The notes beneath the pieces were generated by a model that searched no databases, was not told the DNA's origin, and saw only the letters and a program-made list of their open reading frames with translations. The position numbers were made by a program, and so were the translations under genes. Below are positions 9,671 through 18,901 of a DNA stretch of 64,000 bases, in pieces. Source of the DNA: Candidatus Omnitrophota bacterium (GTDB lineage Bacteria; Omnitrophota; Gorgyraeia; JAFGHF01); contig JAFGHF010000072.1 of NCBI GenBank assembly GCA_016939375.1, forward strand, positions 229 to 64,228. The letters are read 5' to 3'. Within the stretch, counting starts at the first letter, position 1; every line of letters starts with the position of its first letter.

Positions 9671-10790
9671 TTTTTTTATTTATCTCCTTGATCAAAGTCT
9701 GCACCATTCTTGATGCCGGGATCCTCCTTACTACCTTCCCCTGTTTGAACAAAACCGCACAACTTTTCCCGCAGGCTATTCCGATATCCGCTTCTTTGGC
9801 TTCTCCCGGGCCGTTTACCTCACAGCCCATTATCGCCACCTTTAACTTTCGTGGTTCGTGTTTCTTGCCTGCGCCAAGGCTTCGGCAGGCAGGCGTGGTT
9901 CGTGATTCATTGAGTTTCCTAGTAACTTCTTGGGTAATTTTGATCAGGTCAACCTGCGTACGGCCACAAGTCGGACAGGCGATTATATCGGGGCCAAAAC
10001 TACCAAGGTCTAAAGCCTGCAAAATATTTTTGGCGGCTCTTATTTCCAGTCGCGGATCACCTGTCAAAGACACCCTGATGGTATCCCCAATACCTTCTAA
10101 TAACAGCGCGCCTAAGCCTGCAGCCGATTTTACTATTCCGCTCTCCGGCAAACCGGCAGCGGTTATCCCCAGGTGAAAAGGATACCGGCAAAGACCCGCC
10201 ATCTTTTTATAGGCCAGGCAGGTCGTGCGCACGTCCGAAGCCTTTAATGAGACTATTATATCATAAAAATGAAACCTTTCCAGCAGCTTAATATAATCAA
10301 GGGCGCTTTTAACCATAAGATCGGCTAATCTATCAGTTTTAACCTTTTTTGCTGATAGCTGACGGCTAAAAGCTGATGGCCTCAAAGAGCCGGAATTAAC
10401 ACCTACTCTAATGGGGATTTTCCTTTTTCTTGCCGCCTGCGCAATCTTGGAGATCTCTTCTTTTCGGTTAATGTTACCGGGGTTTAAACGTATAGCATCC
10501 ACGCCATGATTTATCGCTAAAAGCGCCAAGCGGTAGTCAAAATGGATATCGGCCACTAATGGCATATCGGTCTTTGCTTTTATCTTTGACAATGCCTGGG
10601 CGCATCCGGGAGTCTTGATAGCCAATCTTACTATTTGGCAGCCTTCATCCTGCAGCTGCTTGATCTGTCTTAAAGTAGCGCTGACTGCCCGGGTATCGGT
10701 TTTGGTCATAGATTGTATAGAAATAGGCCCTGCAGAACCTATTTTGACCGGGCCGATATTGACTGTCTTCGTTTTTCTTCTCTTAATCAT
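9663..10790 (-). CDS. ispG: HMBPP synthase (GcpE), with two repeat-derived insertions
   Basis: IQSMT, VADIHFD, RLNPGN, RVGVNSGSL, GDTIRVSLT, CPTCGR, MGCEVNGPGE. Confidence 0.96.
   Translation of the reverse strand: MIKRRKTKTVNIGPVKIGSAGPISIQSMTKTDTRAVSATLRQIKQLQDEGCQIVRLAIKTPGCAQALSKIKAKTDMPLVADIHFDYRLALLAINHGVDAIRLNPGNINRKEEISKIAQAARKRKIPIRVGVNSGSLRPSAFSRQLSAKKVKTDRLADLMVKSALDYIKLLERFHFYDIIVSLKASDVRTTCLAYKKMAGLCRYPFHLGITAAGLPESGIVKSAAGLGALLLEGIGDTIRVSLTGDPRLEIRAAKNILQALDLGSFGPDIIACPTCGRTQVDLIKITQEVTRKLNESRTTPACRSLGAGKKHEPRKLKVAIMGCEVNGPGEAKEADIGIACGKSCAVLFKQGKVVRRIPASRMVQTLIKEINKKNE
9848..9910. repeat. TTCGTGG-type heptamer array with nested 28-bp palindrome, in frame within ispG
   Basis: ttcgtgg ttcgtgt ttctt [gcctgcgccaaggcttcggcaggcaggc 9867-9894] gtgg ttcgtga ttcat; encodes NESRTTPACRSLGAGKKHEPRK. 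Confidence 0.8.
10351..10380. repeat. GCTGATA-type heptamer array, in frame within ispG
   Basis: gctgata gctgacg gctaaaa gctgatg gc; encodes PSAFSRQLSA after GVNSGSLR. Confidence 0.8.
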
Positions 10791-11886
10791 GATCTTCGCT
10801 TTTTTCGCTCCAGACCCCTTGTACTTTCTCTATCCAGCCGGAACGCCTCATATCATTGTAGGAGGCAAAGAGCATCAATATGACTAGAGCGGTTATGCCC
10901 ATCTGGGTTGCCACATTCTGTACCTTTGCGCTTACTGGCCGCTTGCGTAGCTTCTCCAGAAATAAAAAGAACAGATGCCCGCCGTCAAGCACAGGCACAG
11001 GTAAAAAATTGAAGATTGCCAGGCTCATGCTGAAAAGGGCCATAAGGTTCAGAAGGTAGACAAAGCCTAATTCTGCGGCCTTGCCCGTAAAATAGAATAT
11101 CCCGATCGGACCGGAGAAGGATTCCTTAAAAGAAAGCCGGCGGATAGCTACATACCAGAGCGCTTTGTATGTCACTGCCGTCAAATCAAGCAGCTTATTT
11201 CCGCCTTCATAAAAAGACCTAAAAAAGCCATATCGTACTTCAGTCATCTCTTCGGAGGGCCTGATGCCGATGAGGTTAATGCTTGTCTTCTGACCTAAAA
11301 TATCCTCGATCTCCTCTACTTGGGGGCTCACCCTCTTCTGCAGCACTCTATTGTTCCTCTGGATATCCATGACTATTTCCTTGCCTTCGCTGGCACGGAT
11401 CACATTGACTATATCATTCCAGTATTCGACCTTTTCCCCGTCTATCGACAAAATAACGTCGCCTTTCTTTATACCTGCCGCCTTTGCTGGATAGCCATCG
11501 ATCAATTCGCCTACCTTATTGGTCATCGTGGGCGCGCCTATCATGAACACAAAAGAAAACAAAACAAACGCCAAGACATAATTTAAAACCGGTCCCGCGG
11601 AAATAATCTGCGCCCGCTGCCCACATGTCTTCGACAAAAACTCCCAAGGCTTTCCCTGTACATCTTCGCCCGGTTCGTCCCCCGCCATTTTGATGTATCC
11701 GCCTAAAGGCACGGCACTAATAAGATATTCAGTCTCGCCGACCTTTTTACTCCAGAGCTTCGGGCCGAATCCGAAAGAGAATTTATCCACGCGCACACCG
11801 TTTTTTTTGGCGAAAATAAAGTGCCCGAATTCATGAATAAATATCAAGATCCCAAAAACAAAAATAAAAGCTAGAAGTGATGACAT
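10783..11886 (-). CDS. rseP: RIP metalloprotease RseP
   Basis: HEFGH, PLGGY, PDZ domain, NFLPVPVLDGG. Confidence 0.95.
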   Translation of the reverse strand: MSSLLAFIFVFGILIFIHEFGHFIFAKKNGVRVDKFSFGFGPKLWSKKVGETEYLISAVPLGGYIKMAGDEPGEDVQGKPWEFLSKTCGQRAQIISAGPVLNYVLAFVLFSFVFMIGAPTMTNKVGELIDGYPAKAAGIKKGDVILSIDGEKVEYWNDIVNVIRASEGKEIVMDIQRNNRVLQKRVSPQVEEIEDILGQKTSINLIGIRPSEEMTEVRYGFFRSFYEGGNKLLDLTAVTYKALWYVAIRRLSFKESFSGPIGIFYFTGKAAELGFVYLLNLMALFSMSLAIFNFLPVPVLDGGHLFFLFLEKLRKRPVSAKVQNVATQMGITALVILMLFASYNDMRRSGWIEKVQGVWSEKSEDHD

Positions 11887-11887
11887 T

Positions 11888-13027
11888 TTATATCCTCGAC
11901 TTTACCTGTTCTCTGGCCCATCTATCTGCTTGCAGTATCTCTTTGATGGTGGGCCTGGTTATATTCCGTAAGTTTGACAAGACATCCGTGATAATCCGGG
12001 CGACATCATTGAACTTTATCCTTCTTTTAAGGTAGGCCCAGACACATTCTTCATCAGCGGAACAAAGGACCGTTTGGGCCAATCCTCCTGCTTTCGCCAC
12101 CTCCATGGCCAAGGCAAGGCAGGGAAACCTGCCTAAATCCGGTGAATGAAAAGTAAGGCTGCTCACTTTTTCAAAATCGAGCCTCTGCGACTGGGCGTTT
12201 GCCCTATTCGGATAAGTCAGGGCATACTGAATCGGTATGCGCATATCGGTTGCCCCCAACTGAGCCAGGATAGAGCCATCGACAAATTGCACCAGCGAAT
12301 GTACCAATGCCTGAGGATGAATGACCACCTTGATTTTCTGCGCAGGCACCCTAAAAAGATATTTGGCTTCAATGATCTCGAAGCCTTTATTCATCATCGT
12401 TGCCGAATCGATGGTGATCTTCTTACCCATCTTCCAGCGCGGATGGCGCAGGGCCTCTTCGGGGTCTATAAATTCGAGATCCGCCTTGGCCACATCCTTA
12501 AGCGGTCCTCCTGAGCCGGTCAAATAAATCTTAGCCAGGTCTTTGGACTGCTCTTCTTTGAGACATTGAAAAATAGCGCTATGCTCACTATCTATAGGTA
12601 TAATCTCCGTGGCGCTTTTCTTCGCCTCATTGATAATTATTTCGCCGGCCATGACCAGCGATTCCTTATTGGCCAGGGCTAATCTTTTGGAATGATTAAG
12701 CGCTTTTAGCGTAGGCATAAGGGCAGCGCTTCCGCTGATGGCCATTAATACAATTTCCGCGCCAAATCCGGCGACCTGTTCAATGCCTGAGCTACCGGTA
12801 ACTATTTTTGTGCGTTTATTTATTTTTTTCTTTAGAAGGGGGTAGTTGTCCTCATCCATTAAAGCCGCTATCTTGGGAGAAAATCTATTGACCTGTTCAG
12901 CTAAAAGGCCGGCATTGCTGCCGCTGGCCAGAGCAACCACCTTATATTTATCCTTGAGGTGTGAGATGACCTTCAGTGCGTTTTTTCCTATTGAACCGGT
13001 AGAGCCAAGTATGGCGACTGTCTTCAT
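11888..13027 (-). CDS. dxr: 1-deoxy-D-xylulose 5-phosphate reductoisomerase
   Basis: LGSTGSIG, LANKESLV, PIDSEHSAIFQ, HPRWKMGKKITIDSATMMNKG. Confidence 0.97.
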   Translation of the reverse strand: MKTVAILGSTGSIGKNALKVISHLKDKYKVVALASGSNAGLLAEQVNRFSPKIAALMDEDNYPLLKKKINKRTKIVTGSSGIEQVAGFGAEIVLMAISGSAALMPTLKALNHSKRLALANKESLVMAGEIIINEAKKSATEIIPIDSEHSAIFQCLKEEQSKDLAKIYLTGSGGPLKDVAKADLEFIDPEEALRHPRWKMGKKITIDSATMMNKGFEIIEAKYLFRVPAQKIKVVIHPQALVHSLVQFVDGSILAQLGATDMRIPIQYALTYPNRANAQSQRLDFEKVSSLTFHSPDLGRFPCLALAMEVAKAGGLAQTVLCSADEECVWAYLKRRIKFNDVARIITDVLSNLRNITRPTIKEILQADRWAREQVKSRI

Positions 13028-13069
13028 GTCCTTTTTTGGTTGTTAGTGTTGACGGCGTTTGAGCTATTA
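13026..13069 (-). repeat. Dispersed ~100-bp element, right-half copy (C)
   Basis: TAATAGCTCAAACGCCGTCAACACTAACAACCAAAAAAGGACAT; 43/44 identical to 20224-20267 on the + strand. Confidence 0.92.
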
Positions 13070-13882
13070 CATGAATACTTTGATATAGAAATACATAGCC
13101 GGAGCAGTAAAAAGCAAGCTGTCAATAGAGTCCAATATTCCGCCTATGCCGGGAAGGGTATTGCCTGAGTCCTTGGTTCCGCAATCTCTCTTGATTAGCG
13201 ACTCCGATAAGTCCCCCACCTGGGCCAGCGCTCCTAAAACAAACCCTAAAATCAAAAGCCGCAGCAGAGAAAAAGACGGCAGGAATAAGTGAGAGCTCAA
13301 TGCTACTAGGATGCTGAGCAGCAATCCTCCCAGCATGCCTTCTATTGTCTTTTTAGGGCTGATCCGCGGTATCAGCTTATGTCTGCCAAATTTCATACCC
13401 ACTAAATATGCCCCGATATCCCCTGACTTTGTTACCAGTATCAAAAACGCGATCAGCTGCCTGCGCAAGAGTTCAGTTCCCAGCTCCGGCATGTTTCTCA
13501 ATCTGATGAAGAAACTCAAGAACCAGCTTACATATACTAGCCCGAACAGGATAGTGGATATACTCAAGATCGAGCCGTTATCCTTTTTTGTAAATTGGAC
13601 GATGAAAATAGTCAAACATATGACGGGGATGAATACAAAGAACCACTCGTAGGGGATCCTATAATCAAAGTAAGTGGCCAAAGCTACGATTACGCCTAAG
13701 GCAATGCCCAATTTCCTATTTACGCCTATATCTTTTCTTTGGATAAGCAGGAAATACTCATTAAGCCCCAATACTATAAAAAACGTAATCAGTAAGGCGA
13801 AAGTCCAGGCCGGGGCTGTAAGCAGGATTGAGCCCACAACCGTAATAATAGAAACACTCGTTATAATTCTGCGTTGCAACAA
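13067..13882 (-). CDS. cdsA: Phosphatidate cytidylyltransferase
   Basis: DIGAY.VG..FGRHKL.PRISPKKTIEG, GDLSESLIKR..G.KDSG..LPG.GG.LD; start moved to TTG 13882 after GGGAG (track 14014). Confidence 0.92.
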   Translation of the reverse strand: MLQRRIITSVSIITVVGSILLTAPAWTFALLITFFIVLGLNEYFLLIQRKDIGVNRKLGIALGVIVALATYFDYRIPYEWFFVFIPVICLTIFIVQFTKKDNGSILSISTILFGLVYVSWFLSFFIRLRNMPELGTELLRRQLIAFLILVTKSGDIGAYLVGMKFGRHKLIPRISPKKTIEGMLGGLLLSILVALSSHLFLPSFSLLRLLILGFVLGALAQVGDLSESLIKRDCGTKDSGNTLPGIGGILDSIDSLLFTAPAMYFYIKVFM

Positions 13883-13907
13883 AGTAAGGCTACTCCCGTT
13901 TGGTATA

Positions 13908-14609
13908 TTATGTTCCGAACCTTCTTTCTCTTTTTTGAAACTCTTCAATCGCCTCAAAGAGGTCTTCTTTTTTAAAATCAGGCCAGAATTTTGGAGTAAA
14001 ATAAAGCTCTGCATAGCTGGCCTGCCAGAGAAAGAAGTTACTCAGTCTTAGTTCGCCGCTGGTCCGTATCAAAAGATCCAGCTCCGGTAAATCTTTGGTA
14101 TACAAAAAACCGGCAAATAATCTTTGGTCGATATCATCTAGCTTGATTTTTTCCTCTTTGGCCTTTAATGCGATAGTACGCACAGCATTTAATATCTCTT
14201 CCCTGCCGCCATAGTTTATCGCCAGGTTCAAGATCAATTTCTTATTATCTTTTGTCTGCTGCATGGCGGCTTCTAACTGCCTGAGTGCTCCTGCGGGCAA
14301 CGAACCAAACTCACCTGAGACGATAACCCTGACCCCGTTTTCGTGTAGCTTGCGCACATATTTCTTCAAGTATTGCTCAAGCAAACCCATCAAGGCCTGG
14401 ACTTCTTTTCTTGGCCTCTGCCAGTTTTCTGTGGAGAAAGTAAAGAGGCTCAAGGCCTTGACGCCCTTCTCCATACAGGCCTTAATCGCCTCTTCCACGG
14501 AAGATATTCCGGCTCGATGTCCTTCTACTTTAGGCAGCCCTTTCTGCTTGGCCCACCGGCCATTGCCGTCCATGATTATGGCTATATGCCTGGGAATCTT
14601 TTTTTCCAT
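13908..14609 (-). CDS. uppS: Undecaprenyl diphosphate synthase
   Basis: HIAIIMDGNGRWA, FSTENWQRP, RTSGELRLSNF, RERRFG; start moved to ATG 14609. Confidence 0.96.
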   Translation of the reverse strand: MEKKIPRHIAIIMDGNGRWAKQKGLPKVEGHRAGISSVEEAIKACMEKGVKALSLFTFSTENWQRPRKEVQALMGLLEQYLKKYVRKLHENGVRVIVSGEFGSLPAGALRQLEAAMQQTKDNKKLILNLAINYGGREEILNAVRTIALKAKEEKIKLDDIDQRLFAGFLYTKDLPELDLLIRTSGELRLSNFFLWQASYAELYFTPKFWPDFKKEDLFEAIEEFQKRERRFGT

Positions 14610-14621
14610 CTTGCCTACATA

Positions 14622-14653
14622 TAAACAAGGGGGAATCTTCTCACATTCCCCCT
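14622..14653 (-). terminator. Intrinsic terminator after the OmpA/MotB lipoprotein gene
   Basis: AGGGGGAAT-N8-ATTCCCCCT followed by TGTTTA. Confidence 0.65.
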
Positions 14654-14694
14654 CCATATTATTCAGCTTACTTTACCCTTATCGATCAGAGCAA

Positions 14695-15360
14695 CTATTT
14701 TACGTACTTTTGCGGCTGGGACGCTTTCACCCTTGTTATTTTTTCAGGCAAAATTACGATTTCTACTCTTCTATTCTTCTGACGTCCTTCGACAGTATCG
14801 TTCGTGGCCCGGGGGCGGTGCTCGCCATACCCTGTCGCTGAAAGGCGCTCAGGATCAATCCCTTTACTCAAAAGGTAGCGCAGTACGCTATTAGCCCTGG
14901 CGCTGGAGAGTTCCCAATTTGATTTCCAGCCGGAATATTTGATCGGCTCGTTATCGGTGTGTCCCTCGATGCCTACTTCTCTATCGACGACTTCCTTGCA
15001 ACACACTGAAGCTACTTTATCCAAAGAGTTATGTGAATCGGCACGCAACTCGGCCTTTCCTGAATCAAATAAAACGCTGTCGATAAAAGTGATAACCAGC
15101 CCCTTTTCTTCTATATCTAAAGTGACTTTTTCCTCTGCTATTTCTTGCTTTAGGCTTTTTTGCAACGCGTCATAGGCCTCTTTGAGCTTTTGATATTCTT
15201 CCGCTGTCATCTTCAACCTTTTGACCTCATCGCTCAAAGCCTCTATTTCCTCAATGTCACTGGTGTGCCTTTTCTGAAAAACCAAAGTACAGCCGCTGAG
15301 AAAACTAACCGTACATGCAAAGATTATCCCCCAGACTGCTATTTTAGTTAAAGTTTTCAT
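14695..15360 (-). CDS. OmpA/MotB-family peptidoglycan-binding lipoprotein
   Basis: Lipobox LSGC, coiled-coil, then LFDSG, EGHTDN, NWELSSARA, GYGE.RP, NRRVEI. Confidence 0.88.
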   Translation of the reverse strand: MKTLTKIAVWGIIFACTVSFLSGCTLVFQKRHTSDIEEIEALSDEVKRLKMTAEEYQKLKEAYDALQKSLKQEIAEEKVTLDIEEKGLVITFIDSVLFDSGKAELRADSHNSLDKVASVCCKEVVDREVGIEGHTDNEPIKYSGWKSNWELSSARANSVLRYLLSKGIDPERLSATGYGEHRPRATNDTVEGRQKNRRVEIVILPEKITRVKASQPQKYVK

Positions 15361-15401
15361 TAGCGCACCCCTCCTTTTAGACCTGTGTATTCATGTTTTT
15401 C

Positions 15402-15430
15402 AATATAGCACCCGTATTTTATAAAGTCAA
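15402..15430 (-). promoter_or_regulatory. Sigma70-type promoter of the OmpA/MotB lipoprotein gene
   Basis: TTGACT (15430-15425)-17 bp-TATATT (15407-15402). Confidence 0.7.
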
Positions 15431-15466
15431 GGAAAATTGGCTTATCTGCTGCTTACTTTGATTGTC

Positions 15467-17554
15467 TTATTTAAATAAGGTATTGCCTACTACAAAAGAC
15501 GCAAATACCACCGAAACCATAGACATAAGTTTGATCAAAATATTCAACGAAGGCCCTGCTGTGTCCTTAAAAGGGTCTCCTACCGTATCACCGACTACGC
15601 TGGCTTTGTGGGCCAAAGAACCCTTACCTCCGAACTCACCGGATTCAATATACTTCTTAGCGTTATCCCAGGCTCCGCCTGTATTGGCCATCATCACCGC
15701 TAAAACAAAACCACAGACAAGCGCTCCGATCAAAAGGCCAACAGCGGACTCTGGGCCTAAGAGCAGCCCGATAATCAGAGGTGCCAAAATCGCCAATAAA
15801 GAGGGCGCGATCATCTCTTTTTGCGCGGTACAAGTAGCAATATGAACACATGTTGCGTAATCGGCCTGGGCCTTACCCTCCATCAGGCCTTTTATCTCTT
15901 TGAACTGGCGGCGCACTTCCACAACTATTTTGCCTGCAGCCCTGCCCACAGAGCTCATGGTCAGGGAAGAAAATCCGAAAGGAAGCATCGCCCCTATAAA
16001 GATACCCACAAGCAGGCGAGGGTTGAGCAGCGAAAGGTCTAATTGCTTTCCCAAAATAACCAATTCATCTCTATAGGCAGCGATCAGGGCTAATGCAGTC
16101 AGCGCTGCCGCACCAATGGCAAAACCTTTCCCTGTGGCGGCCGTAGTATTTCCCAGGGAATCTAGGGCATCGGTCCTCTCTCTCACATATTCCGGTTCAC
16201 CGGACATCTGGGCATTACCGCCAGCGTTATCAGCCACCGGTCCGTAAGCATCTGAGGCTAAAGTAATACCCAGGGTAGAGAGCATCCCCACCGCCGAAAT
16301 ACCTACGCCGTAAAGTCCGATATTGAAATTCTCTACTCCTCCGGCTAGATAGTAGCTGCAGATAATAGCAGTGGCTACTATTAGAACCGGGGCGATTGTA
16401 GAAGCCATGCCTGTGGCCAGGCCCGCTATAATCACTGTTGCCGGACCGGTCAAGGCCGCAGAAGAGACAGAACGCGTGGGCCCGTATTTGTGCGAAGTAA
16501 AAAACTCTGTAGATAGACCGATGAGTATGCCGGCAATCAGCCCAGTGACAACCGAACCATAGACTCCTATATATTGCATCCCCAGAGAGTATTTGATTAC
16601 CAAAAAAGACAACACGGCAATGGCGCCCGAAGCTACAAATACACCGCGACGCAATGCCTTAAGCAATACTTCCTGAGATGGTTCACCTTTTGAGTGCACA
16701 AAAAATGTCCCCAGTATAGACGATATTACTCCCACCGCAGCCATGGCCAAGGGGACAATCACCCCGGAAAAACCCAAACCGGCAACAGCGGCCAAAGCCA
16801 TAGTCGCCACTATAGAGCCTACATATGACTCATAAAGGTCTGCGCCCATTCCCGCTATATCACCGACATTGTCACCCACGTTATCGGCTATTACCGCCGG
16901 ATTTCTTGGGTCGTCCTCAGGAATTCCGGCTTCCACTTTGCCTACCAAGTCTGCTCCTACATCAGCGGCCTTTGTAAATATACCTCCTCCGACCCTGGCA
17001 AATAAAGCCTGCAAACTTGCACCCATTTCAAAGGTAAGCATAGTCGAGGTAATGGCCCCGATCTTGGTCAAATGATGCGGCAACGGGTGAGTAGAATAAT
17101 ACCAATCCAATATAAAATACCAGATGCTTAAATCAAGCAATCCCAGGCCAACCACGACCAAGCCCATCACCGTTCCGCTGGAAAAACTTATCCTTAGAGC
17201 ACCGTTTAGGCTTGAACGCGCAGCCGAAGCTGTGCGCGAAGACGCCCGGGTGGCGATCCACATCCCTACAAAACCGGCAAAGGCAGAGAAAAATCCCCCG
17301 CTCAAAAAAGCAAAGGGCACAAAAATCACCAAATAACCTTTGCGCACCAGTAAAAGTAAAAGGAAAAATGCAAAAAGAAAAAATAAGCCCACGCAGGAAT
17401 ATTGGCGTTTTATGTAGGCCATAGACCCTTCTCGCACCCAAAGGGCGATCTGGCGCATTTTTTCCGTGCCTTCATCCTGTTTGAGAATAAATAAAATCAA
17501 ATATCCAGCGAATAAAAGGGCCGTTACCGAACCAATGGGTGCTAACCAAATCAA
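15467..17554 (-). CDS. hppA: Membrane-bound ion-translocating pyrophosphatase (K+-dependent type)
   Basis: GGGIFTKAADVGADLVGKVE, EDDPRNPAVIADNVGDNVGD, GNTTAATGKG, GDTVGDPFKD; start moved to TTG 17554 after AAGGAG (track 17596). Confidence 0.95.
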   Translation of the reverse strand: MIWLAPIGSVTALLFAGYLILFILKQDEGTEKMRQIALWVREGSMAYIKRQYSCVGLFFLFAFFLLLLLVRKGYLVIFVPFAFLSGGFFSAFAGFVGMWIATRASSRTASAARSSLNGALRISFSSGTVMGLVVVGLGLLDLSIWYFILDWYYSTHPLPHHLTKIGAITSTMLTFEMGASLQALFARVGGGIFTKAADVGADLVGKVEAGIPEDDPRNPAVIADNVGDNVGDIAGMGADLYESYVGSIVATMALAAVAGLGFSGVIVPLAMAAVGVISSILGTFFVHSKGEPSQEVLLKALRRGVFVASGAIAVLSFLVIKYSLGMQYIGVYGSVVTGLIAGILIGLSTEFFTSHKYGPTRSVSSAALTGPATVIIAGLATGMASTIAPVLIVATAIICSYYLAGGVENFNIGLYGVGISAVGMLSTLGITLASDAYGPVADNAGGNAQMSGEPEYVRERTDALDSLGNTTAATGKGFAIGAAALTALALIAAYRDELVILGKQLDLSLLNPRLLVGIFIGAMLPFGFSSLTMSSVGRAAGKIVVEVRRQFKEIKGLMEGKAQADYATCVHIATCTAQKEMIAPSLLAILAPLIIGLLLGPESAVGLLIGALVCGFVLAVMMANTGGAWDNAKKYIESGEFGGKGSLAHKASVVGDTVGDPFKDTAGPSLNILIKLMSMVSVVFASFVVGNTLFK

Positions 17555-17555
17555 G

Positions 17556-18848
<1,293 letters not shown>

Positions 18849-18901
18849 TTATTTAGGTCTTTGCGGGTTATTAATGGTTTTTCGAACTGGAAAAAGACAG
18901 T

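Noticed and set aside
14695-15360. Flagellar stator MotB
   Set aside because: No Asp-bearing TM helix and no motA; it has a lipobox instead.
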